In this document: positions 24,440 to 32,714 of the stretch, one piece after another | Layout: the number at the start of each line of letters is the position of its first letter | Position numbering within the stretch: position 1 is the first letter of the stretch | DNA from: Candidatus Curtissbacteria bacterium | GTDB lineage: Bacteria; Patescibacteriota; Microgenomatia; Curtissbacterales; GWA2-41-24 | Assembly: GCA_016183325.1 (NCBI GenBank) | Contig: JACPEV010000019.1 | Coordinates: 1 to 53,831 of the forward strand | Direction: 5' to 3' | DNA length: 53,831 nucleotides | Made by a program: the position numbers and the translations under genes | Notes under the pieces: generated by a model | The model's input: only the letters and a program-made list of their open reading frames with translations | Databases searched by the model: none | What the model was told of the DNA's origin: nothing

Positions 24440-27313
24440 GTGCTAAAAATTTTTGTTAATATTTTTAACCTGGTTCTCCATATACCTGCCATTGTTCTTA
24501 TTTATTACTTTTGGCAGCCGATTGCCAATTGGTTTCTTGCCAAAATACCGGTTTTAGGGGTGGATCTTTATCTTTCCGCCACTTATGTCTCCTATCATCT
24601 TAGGAATTTTTTGAGTCTCCCTTTTAATTCTTTTAAGGACATTTGGTTTGCCGGATCTCCTTTAATTCGAGATTTTCCTCAATTGAGCTTTTATCTGATG
24701 ATGCCCTTTGTGGCAGGTGAAGGACCGGTTGTTGGAGTGCAAAAATTTACCGTTTTTGCCTTATTGGCAATTATTGTTTGTTGTTACTTATTGTTTTATA
24801 AACTTTCTAAAAATCACGGACTGGCGCTACTACTTGCCTTTTTAGTTCTGCTTTCGCCGAATTTATACGGATCAGCTACTTGGGCAGGTTCTATTCCGTA
24901 TTTTTTGTCCCAGGCATTTTTCCCTCTGGCGCTTTTGGCGGGTACTTTTTATCTGGAGGGTGCAAACGCAAGACGCCTAGCGGCAGCGATTTTGGTGGTG
25001 GGCATAGCATTTGCGATTCACCCGCTTTCGACAGTAGCTTTTTTAATCCCATCCCTTTTAATCATGATCTTGTTTGGGGGACTTTCGGCAAAATTGCCAT
25101 TTTGGGGGATTATTAAACATCTGGCGTTTTTCAATTTTGGCTGGCTTTTGGCGGCATTTATGGTGACTTATGATTACGTAATTACATTTTTTACCCAGAG
25201 GGTTCTGCCAGCAGGAATTACGCCGACGATTGCCAACTCTAGTGGAGACTTGCGAGGCGCCGAGGAGATTGCGGCATTTTACAGGAACCAGATCGGGCTA
25301 CTCTTTGATAGGACTGACCAGACGATTTTTGTGATTGCCGGACTAGGACTTTTGTTTTTTTTGTTTGGCTTATTTTTTGCTTCTAAGCGGCGCAGGCTGA
25401 TATTTTGGGTGGCAGCTTTTTTACTAATAGTTTTCTGGACAGCACTTCATCCGGCTATGAATTTGAGCAACACGATTATCTTTTTCCGACACGATCCATA
25501 TAGGGCATTTTGGCAGTTTACGATAGCTTCGGGGGCGGTGGGCGCATTTTTATGGGGAGCCTTTATAAGTACGGTTTTGGCAAAATTTGATCGTGGCGCC
25601 TGGCGCATATTCGGATTTACTCTAAATTTGTTGGTAAGTCTTGCCCTTGTTTTGGTGATAGCAATTTCGTATAGGTCCTGGATCGAGAGAGTGATTCCTC
25701 AACTTGAGACTAATACTGAATTTTCTTCCGCCTTTCCGGAAGCTTTAAGTATCAAGGTTAAAAAAGATGAGCTTGCGACAGTTAAAAAACAGCTAATACC
25801 TTCATTTATGGATCCCAATGATAAAAACTTTAGGCTTTACAGCGCTGATGCGGCAGTCAATATTTGGTGGAATGCTTTTTTTGATATGCCAATGGCTCGA
25901 GGTTATGTAGACCCCCCGATTGGGACTCAATCAAGGGGCGGGTTTTTCTGGCTGGATATTGCCATTGCCAATGATAGCCTAGTGCGAGACTTTAAAATTG
26001 AAGAGGATATAGCATTTAATAATGCGCTCTTTTTAATAGACTGGTATGGCATCGGTTATTTTGAAGGCGGTCGGGAGGGGAGTAAAGGACCAAGCCCTGG
26101 GCTCTCATCTTATCTTGTTAACAATCATATCTTTGAAAAAGATGAACTCGTGACAACGTATGGAGCGATTCTAAAATGGCTGACGGCTTCCGGTCGCCCC
26201 GAGCTGGTGCCAGATCTTCCACAGAATTTACATTTTTTCAAAACTGCCACGGAGTATACTTCTCCAATTCTTTATCCAACTGACGCTTCCGCAGTCGTAG
26301 TGGTTAGTGCAGGTCAAGGTTATGAAGATTTGTTGAGATTGATTGCCACGGAGAATATAAATTCAAAGAGGTTGATACCGGCAAAAGTAGATTACATTGA
26401 CGATTTATCGCTGGCGCAGCTTAAAGCTTTTGATGCAGTTATTCTCCATCAGTACCTGTATAAAAACCAGAAGAAAGCTTTTGATCTTTTGGAAAAATAT
26501 GTCAGGGAAGGCGGTAAGATTTTCATTGACACCGGGGCGGAGGTTGGCGAATCAGAAAGCAAAGACTTACCGGAGATTTTCCCGTTCAAATCAAGTGTGC
26601 GCAGGGGTTTTGGAAGCGAGTGGGAACTTTCGGGAGAGGGAGATCTTATCAAAGACATTAATTTGGGCAATTTTGGACCTTTAATTTTTAACGAAGACGA
26701 ATGGAAACTAGTAAGTGCTGAAAACGGATTGAAAGATGGTGCGAAAGTTATTTTGGCTCACAAAGGGATGCCAGTTCTTGTCGAACGGAATTTAGGTGAG
26801 GGGACGGTTGTCTGGTCTGGTATTAATCTTGCCTACCACTATAACCAATATAAAAGAGATGATGAAGCTAAGCTGTTTATTAATATCTTAAAACAGTTCA
26901 CCAGTCTTGATGTTAAAAAGCCACTAGTTGCGAAAACTAAATGGATTAAACCTGAGAAGGTGATACTTGAGACTGAAAAAGCACCTCGCGGAATTCTGTT
27001 TAAGGAGGAGGCATATGAAGGTTGGGGGGCAAAAATCAATGGCAAGAGTCAGCCGATATACAAAGTCGGGCCGACTTTCCCTGGATTTATGTATGTGCCG
27101 ACTGGCGAAAAAGTACAAAGTCCTATAAAAGTCGAATTTAGATACTCGGGAAGGATTTTATTCTGGTTTGTTGCCTTCGTTAATTTACTGGTAATTCTAC
27201 TTTTGTTGGAGCTACTTATTTTTAACGGTAAATTTTTGACAAGAGCCATGATGAGGCTGGTTGGACCAGCAGGTCGCAAGCTGTCATTTTGGTGGGCGAG
27301 AGAAGAGGAGTGA
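24440..27313 (+). CDS. 957-aa YfhO-like GT-C polytopic membrane protein, paralog 1
   Basis: About 13 N-terminal TM helices and IWFAGSPLIRDFPQ. Large extracytoplasmic domain with FRLYSADAAVNIWWNAFFDMPMARGYVDP, GGKIFIDTG, TVVWSGINLAYH, EAKLFINIL, EAYEGWGAKINGK..IYKVGP. Terminal TM and WWAREEE* tail. Confidence 0.65.
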   Translation: MLKIFVNIFNLVLHIPAIVLIYYFWQPIANWFLAKIPVLGVDLYLSATYVSYHLRNFLSLPFNSFKDIWFAGSPLIRDFPQLSFYLMMPFVAGEGPVVGVQKFTVFALLAIIVCCYLLFYKLSKNHGLALLLAFLVLLSPNLYGSATWAGSIPYFLSQAFFPLALLAGTFYLEGANARRLAAAILVVGIAFAIHPLSTVAFLIPSLLIMILFGGLSAKLPFWGIIKHLAFFNFGWLLAAFMVTYDYVITFFTQRVLPAGITPTIANSSGDLRGAEEIAAFYRNQIGLLFDRTDQTIFVIAGLGLLFFLFGLFFASKRRRLIFWVAAFLLIVFWTALHPAMNLSNTIIFFRHDPYRAFWQFTIASGAVGAFLWGAFISTVLAKFDRGAWRIFGFTLNLLVSLALVLVIAISYRSWIERVIPQLETNTEFSSAFPEALSIKVKKDELATVKKQLIPSFMDPNDKNFRLYSADAAVNIWWNAFFDMPMARGYVDPPIGTQSRGGFFWLDIAIANDSLVRDFKIEEDIAFNNALFLIDWYGIGYFEGGREGSKGPSPGLSSYLVNNHIFEKDELVTTYGAILKWLTASGRPELVPDLPQNLHFFKTATEYTSPILYPTDASAVVVVSAGQGYEDLLRLIATENINSKRLIPAKVDYIDDLSLAQLKAFDAVILHQYLYKNQKKAFDLLEKYVREGGKIFIDTGAEVGESESKDLPEIFPFKSSVRRGFGSEWELSGEGDLIKDINLGNFGPLIFNEDEWKLVSAENGLKDGAKVILAHKGMPVLVERNLGEGTVVWSGINLAYHYNQYKRDDEAKLFINILKQFTSLDVKKPLVAKTKWIKPEKVILETEKAPRGILFKEEAYEGWGAKINGKSQPIYKVGPTFPGFMYVPTGEKVQSPIKVEFRYSGRILFWFVAFVNLLVILLLLELLIFNGKFLTRAMMRLVGPAGRKLSFWWAREEE

Positions 27314-27325
27314 AAAAGAGGGAAA

Positions 27326-28816
27326 ATGAAATTGGTTTTGGGAATTCCTAAATCGAAGGTTTTATTGTTTTTGGCATTTTTTGCTATTGCAGCAGCTATC
27401 CGTGTTTATTTGATTTTTTTAAGAAAATATCCTGCAGGAGATGAAATTTGGGCATATTATTTGATAAAGGGCAGTTATGGCGAAATTTGGCTTTCGACAC
27501 TTTCCGATTTGCATGGACCTTTCTACTTTTTATTATTGAAAACAATAGGGACAGTTTTAGGGGTAGAGGTAGGCGTGATTCTTATGAGGTTTGTTTCCCT
27601 CTTTTTTGGTTTTTGGAGCATTTTTTCGATTTGGTATTTAGCCCATCTATTGATAGCTAAGAAGGGATCTGGGGTAGTTGTTTTTTTGGGTCTTTTTTTG
27701 CCGTCTTTGATATGGGTCTCTATCTTTGCCAGATACTACTCTTTTTTAAATTTACTTTCGTCACTGGTGCTTATTTTTTTCTTGAAAATGCATAAAAAAA
27801 GGAATTTTTTAGCTTGGATAGCTTTTACTTTGGTTTCTATAGTTGGTATTTATACCCATTACTATTTTCCTTTGATTTTGGTTTCCCTCTTAATATTTTT
27901 AATTTTTTTCAATAGGTTTCTGCTTAAACGATTCATGATTTCTCTTGCTTTAATTTTTGTGGCGATTTTGCCTCTTGCCTACAATTTTTTAAGTTTGCCC
28001 AAACCTGAGATTGCTGGTAGGCATATCAACGACCTTGTCAAAATACCGGCAACTATTTTGACAAACTTGAGCTCCTTTGAGGTGCTTTTATTTATTTATA
28101 AAAATGGTGATTTGGTCTTTGGAGTTTTATTTATGGCTATTTTTGCGCTCATTTACATTTATTTACTCTATTTTGCTTTAAGAAGTTTGAAGCGCAGTGT
28201 AGCCGGCTTTTTGATGTTTAATATGTTGGCCCCACCAATAATTATTATTTTTTTCGCGTATATATTCTATCCTCTCTTGGCGCTTTCTTCTCTAGTAATT
28301 TTTTTGCCCGCCCAGATTTTACTTTTAAGCGTTGGCATTTTTGAAGCAATAAAGAAGAATAAATACATTTTTTTTGGCTTTAGCGCATTTGTCCTTTCGA
28401 GTTTTATACTTTTAGTAAAATCTTCTTATTCTTATAGCTTGCCTCAGAATGATATAAAGCCGGTTCTTTTGGAATTTAAAGAGGGTGATTTGATACTGCA
28501 CACTCACATCTATTCTTATATTATGGGAAGATACTATTTTAGGGATAGTGCCAATTATGGTATTAGCAAAGCCTACTCGGCAAATGCTAATTCCGAAAAA
28601 GCTCTCGGTTATAAAATGCTAGATCGTGATCAGCTTTTGGGTTCAAAAAGAATATGGTTTTTTTATCCACCTTGGGATGTGCGACCTGAAATTGTTGAAG
28701 TCAAGACAATGTTAGATAAAAATTTTGAGGTAAGTGTAAAAAACATTATTGCTTCAAAGATTAGATTCCAAGAGAATGATTTTCAGGTATACCTTTATGA
28801 AAAATTAATTAAATGA
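27326..28816 (+). CDS. GT-C (ArnT/PMT, GT39/83-like) membrane glycosyltransferase
   Basis: Polytopic. The first loop YPAGDEIWAYY carries the D-E pair typical of GT-C enzymes. Confidence 0.6.
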   Translation: MKLVLGIPKSKVLLFLAFFAIAAAIRVYLIFLRKYPAGDEIWAYYLIKGSYGEIWLSTLSDLHGPFYFLLLKTIGTVLGVEVGVILMRFVSLFFGFWSIFSIWYLAHLLIAKKGSGVVVFLGLFLPSLIWVSIFARYYSFLNLLSSLVLIFFLKMHKKRNFLAWIAFTLVSIVGIYTHYYFPLILVSLLIFLIFFNRFLLKRFMISLALIFVAILPLAYNFLSLPKPEIAGRHINDLVKIPATILTNLSSFEVLLFIYKNGDLVFGVLFMAIFALIYIYLLYFALRSLKRSVAGFLMFNMLAPPIIIIFFAYIFYPLLALSSLVIFLPAQILLLSVGIFEAIKKNKYIFFGFSAFVLSSFILLVKSSYSYSLPQNDIKPVLLEFKEGDLILHTHIYSYIMGRYYFRDSANYGISKAYSANANSEKALGYKMLDRDQLLGSKRIWFFYPPWDVRPEIVEVKTMLDKNFEVSVKNIIASKIRFQENDFQVYLYEKLIK

Positions 28817-31647
28817 CAAATATTGCCAAAAAACTTTTAATTAAATTAATCTACTTACTGTTACATCTTGGGGCGGTTGGGGTTATACTTTTTGCTTTTT
28901 GGGACATAGCTTTGTGGTACTTGAAATCTCGGCCCATTTGGGGAGTTGATTTTCATCTTTTGCCAAGTCTTGTAAGCTTACTTGGGCAAAATTTTGTAGC
29001 ACCTCAGGCATTTTGGATTTACTCATGGTTTGCCGGCTGGCCAATGACAGCTTATCCCAATTTACATGTTTACTTAACATATCTACTTTCCAACTTTTTT
29101 GATTTGATTTACGCGGCTCAGCTATTGATGATCTCCTCGACGGTCGTATTTATACTTGGGGCTTACACGCTGTTTTATATTTTAAGCAGGAACTTTCTCT
29201 TATCAACAATTTTGGCCGTGGCGACAGCTTATTCCAGTGGCGTTTATCAGACTTTGACTTGGGCTGGTAGTCTGCCCAGCTATGCCACCCAGGCAGCGCT
29301 CCCTTGGACAGTGGCTTTTTTTGTTTTGTATTTAAATTCGGGAAATTTAAGATTTCTGGCTGCGTCAATTTTGGTAGCTGGGGTTTCGATATGGGGACAT
29401 CCATTAATTTTTATCATATATATCTTACCGGCAACTGTTTTATTGATAGTCTTTAATTTTAGACATGGCTTGGCTTTTTTCGATAAGTTAAAACAATTAT
29501 TTGTATTTTTAACAATTCCCGTGATAATTGCTTTGCCAATTTTATATCCAACTTTTGAAACATCCATTCAAAATGCATTTAAGTCGAGTTATACGCAAAA
29601 AGCGCTTTCGACTACTACTGTTTCGTCTCAAGATATAGATATTGGTGCCAAAACTTTCAATAAACTTCAGCCTGAAAGACTCTATAGCGATAATCATCCT
29701 GCCCCCTTTTACTTTTTGGGATTTATTTCGGGGGTATTTTTAATCAGCTTAATATTGGGAAGAAAATTTAAAACTCTGCTTAATGTTCTACCATTTTTGT
29801 TGATAGTTGCATATTTCATTTTTTATATTTGGCTTTTTGGGCAGGGCATATCTATCTATCATGGAGGGTGGTATAGGTTATTTTGGTCCATACCAATTTG
29901 GATTGGGGCACTGGCTGCGGTTTTGTTCAAAGCCAGTATTGATAATTTTTTTAACGTAGTCAAAACTACTTATTTAAGAATCGTCTTGTATGTGGGATCT
30001 AGTTTAGCGATTCTTGTAACTGGCGTAATAATTTTTACTGGATATTTTAAAGGTGATGCTATTTGGAGAATTATATATAGAAGTCAGATTTCATCTGCAT
30101 ACCCAGATATTTTAAATATAGTAACTTCAACCGAGGGGAGAGCTGAGTTGAAACCGATACTTTCGCCAAAATGGTTGAACGCTGATGATACAAATTGGCG
30201 AATATATAGTCCTGATCAAACAGTTAATTTAGTCTGGAATAGTTTATATAAAATGCCCTTAGCGCGTGGTTATCTTGATCCCAATAATTTGCAAAAAGGT
30301 TATGTCTTTTGGTTAGATGCGGCTCTTTCTGAGAACGAAGACAGTGAGCCTCAGCTAGTAGATTCATTTGGTTATCCCCCCGAGACGGCTCTTTCAAACG
30401 CCCAATTTTTAATCGACTGGAACGCGATTCGATTTTATGAAGGTGGCCATACCAGTGAGGGTCCTAATCCACCTGTTCCAGCCTATCTGAGAGAGATGAT
30501 TTCGCAAGAAGAAACATTAGATTTGGATTTTTTGAAATATACGGATCGTCATAGGACGATGCGCTATTTTGAGTTTAAAGAGGAATATGTTTCGCCAATT
30601 CTTTCGGTAACCAATGCGCCATCTTTGGCTATTTTTGCCTCTGATGTTGGCTATGAAACAGTGATTCGGACAATTGCAGAGAGAGATAATTTGAATTCCC
30701 AAAAGTTAATACCCTTGAAATTAGGTAGAAAAATTGATGATTACGATCTTTCGACATTAAAAAAGTTCGAGGCAATTTACCTTTATGATTATGATTTTGC
30801 CAAAAGTGATCGAGCATTTAGGCGATTGACAGATTATGTCAAGTCTGGCGGCAAATTATTTATTGAAACCGGAGTTGAAGTAAAAAATTCCAGTGGTGAA
30901 TTGCCGGAACTATTTCCAATCAAAAGGGTAGAACGGAAGGGCTTTGGCCGCCAGTGGAGTTTGGCAGGTGATGGAATGTTGGCCAAAGACCTAGATCTTG
31001 CAAAGTTTGCCCCGCCAATTTTTAATGAAGATGAATGGAAACTATCTGCCGCCGATTCCCAAGATTTAAGACCTGGCGCGACAGTGATACTTAAAAACAA
31101 GGGGAAAATTATTATGGCGTCTCAAACGTTGGGGGATGGCCAGGTAGTCTGGTCCGGGATGAATTTAGCCTATCATCTTTCCAGATACCATAATGAAGAG
31201 GAGGCTAAATTATTAATCAATATATTAGCTTCAATAGTTGATTTATCAGTCAGGCCAGAGGTAGAAACAGATCAAGTCGAATTTAAAAATCCCAATTTCA
31301 GGACGATTAAAATCGAGCAAGGTAGAGGCATACTTTTTAAGGAGCAAGCCTATCCAGGTTGGGTGGCTAAGATGGTTGAGAGTCAAAGTGGTAAAAGGGG
31401 CAATTTGCCAATGTTTGCGGCTGGCCCCGCTTCTCCTGGATATATGTATATTCCCTTGCCCGAAGGGGCAAAAACGGTGGAACTGCGCTTCTTGGGATCA
31501 GGCGGCGATAAAATCATGGTCTTTATTTCTTTTTTGACTGTTTTATTATTATTAGATTATTTAATCTTGAAAGGATTGATACTGGGCTCTTTTGTTAAGC
31601 GAGTAGTTAAGATTGTCGGAAAATGGTGGGAAAAGGAAGAAGAATAA
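28813..31647 (+). CDS. 944-aa YfhO-like GT-C polytopic membrane protein, paralog 2
   Basis: ATGA overlap with the upstream gene. Motifs SWFAGWPMTAYPN, WRIYSPDQTVNLVWNSLYKMPLARGYLDP, GGKLFIETG, QVVWSGMNLAYH, EAKLLINIL, QAYPGWVAKM. WWEKEEE* tail. Confidence 0.65.
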   Translation: MTNIAKKLLIKLIYLLLHLGAVGVILFAFWDIALWYLKSRPIWGVDFHLLPSLVSLLGQNFVAPQAFWIYSWFAGWPMTAYPNLHVYLTYLLSNFFDLIYAAQLLMISSTVVFILGAYTLFYILSRNFLLSTILAVATAYSSGVYQTLTWAGSLPSYATQAALPWTVAFFVLYLNSGNLRFLAASILVAGVSIWGHPLIFIIYILPATVLLIVFNFRHGLAFFDKLKQLFVFLTIPVIIALPILYPTFETSIQNAFKSSYTQKALSTTTVSSQDIDIGAKTFNKLQPERLYSDNHPAPFYFLGFISGVFLISLILGRKFKTLLNVLPFLLIVAYFIFYIWLFGQGISIYHGGWYRLFWSIPIWIGALAAVLFKASIDNFFNVVKTTYLRIVLYVGSSLAILVTGVIIFTGYFKGDAIWRIIYRSQISSAYPDILNIVTSTEGRAELKPILSPKWLNADDTNWRIYSPDQTVNLVWNSLYKMPLARGYLDPNNLQKGYVFWLDAALSENEDSEPQLVDSFGYPPETALSNAQFLIDWNAIRFYEGGHTSEGPNPPVPAYLREMISQEETLDLDFLKYTDRHRTMRYFEFKEEYVSPILSVTNAPSLAIFASDVGYETVIRTIAERDNLNSQKLIPLKLGRKIDDYDLSTLKKFEAIYLYDYDFAKSDRAFRRLTDYVKSGGKLFIETGVEVKNSSGELPELFPIKRVERKGFGRQWSLAGDGMLAKDLDLAKFAPPIFNEDEWKLSAADSQDLRPGATVILKNKGKIIMASQTLGDGQVVWSGMNLAYHLSRYHNEEEAKLLINILASIVDLSVRPEVETDQVEFKNPNFRTIKIEQGRGILFKEQAYPGWVAKMVESQSGKRGNLPMFAAGPASPGYMYIPLPEGAKTVELRFLGSGGDKIMVFISFLTVLLLLDYLILKGLILGSFVKRVVKIVGKWWEKEEE

Positions 31648-31656
31648 CAGGAGAGA

Positions 31657-31790
31657 CTGACATTACCCCACTTTCATCTGTCATCCTGAATTCATTTCAG
31701 GATCCAGATGCTGAAACCTTACAGGTCGGAGTCTTTAGACTCCAGACAAGTTCAGCATGACAATTTAGCCACAAACTGGGGTAATGTTAG
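31657..31790. mobile_element. MITE-like element with 14-bp TIRs and a 9-10-bp flanking direct repeat
   Basis: The TIR CTGACATTACCCCA (31657-31670) matches the reverse complement of 31777-31790 (CTAACATTACCCCA). CAGGAGAGAC occurs at 31648-31657 and 31791-31800. Internal gtcatcctg...cagcatgaca inverted motifs. Confidence 0.65.
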
Positions 31791-31806
31791 CAGGAGAGAC
31801 AATTGA

Positions 31807-32592
31807 CTAGGGTGCTAGCATATATTTAAATCTGCTCAGGTTTGCCAGTAGATACTGCGGATAGGTATCATCTAAGGGAACACGCTGCCAATCTATTTTG
31901 CGATTAAAAAGATCTTTAAATTCGCGCAAACACTTTTTGAGGTGTTTGGCATTGGTGAACTGGGGCTTGTCGTATTCGCGATGGTGGCTGAACGCGGCAA
32001 TTTTGCGCTGGATACACTTGACACCGCCCAGATAACTGAAGTGCCAACCAGCGTCTGGTATGATGCGAAAACTAGCCTCGTTTGCGGGTTTGTCACGCAG
32101 ATGCTGCGGTTCGGGCAAAAGATCATGGACGCTTGCCATGCGCAGATCCCGCCACCAAGGCCATCTTACACAACGGATGTTGACATAATAGTAGAATGAT
32201 CGAAGTTCGAAGAGCGCGGGTTGCTTTAAGCTGGCTGCTTTGCTGACCGCATGGGCACGAGGAATTTCGTCCACATCAGAAACTAGCACTTGATCATCTT
32301 CTTGCAAGCCCATGAATTTGAGCGCTCGAGCGATGGCGTTTCTTTGATGCTTTTCTCGAACCCAAGGGTCGTCTCCTGCGGGCATGTCCAGGACTTTCCA
32401 ATAGACAATCTTAGGCAAGAAGGCGGCAAATTTTTGGCGGTTTTGGTGAAAATTCATCTGTTTGGGCCTTCCAGAAAATGTTCGATTGGCCTCGATGATT
32501 ACGAACCAATCGACTACTTTATTAAGTTCGTGGAGCCTCAGCTCTAAGAGATCGAGTTCATCGTAGAACAAAACAGCGTCAACAATTGCCAT
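31807..32592 (-). CDS. GT17-like glycosyltransferase (beta-1,4-mannosyl-glycoprotein GlcNAc-transferase/MGAT3-like family)
   Basis: N-terminus FYDELDLLELRLHELNKVVDWFVIIEANRTFSGRPK matches the bacterial GT17 signature (FxNELDLLEIRL...VDxFVIVE). Visibly more GC-rich than neighbouring genes. Confidence 0.7.
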   Translation of the reverse strand: MAIVDAVLFYDELDLLELRLHELNKVVDWFVIIEANRTFSGRPKQMNFHQNRQKFAAFLPKIVYWKVLDMPAGDDPWVREKHQRNAIARALKFMGLQEDDQVLVSDVDEIPRAHAVSKAASLKQPALFELRSFYYYVNIRCVRWPWWRDLRMASVHDLLPEPQHLRDKPANEASFRIIPDAGWHFSYLGGVKCIQRKIAAFSHHREYDKPQFTNAKHLKKCLREFKDLFNRKIDWQRVPLDDTYPQYLLANLSRFKYMLAP

Positions 32593-32618
32593 AAAATTTA
32601 TTTTCTACTTCAAGAATA

Positions 32619-32710
32619 CCGAGGCCTATCAGGCCTCGGATGAATTGAAGAGAAAACATACTTTTGAGTCCGGCAAAGCCGGACGAATACCGAGGGCTTT
32701 TAGCCCTCGG
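32619..32710. repeat. three GC-rich REP-like hairpins between two minus-strand genes (likely terminator function)
   Basis: ccgaggcctatcaggcctcgg (32619-32639), tccggcaaagccgga (32669-32683), ccgagggcttttagccctcgg (32690-32710). The first and third are each preceded by GAATA. Confidence 0.8.
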
Positions 32711-32714
32711 AAGT

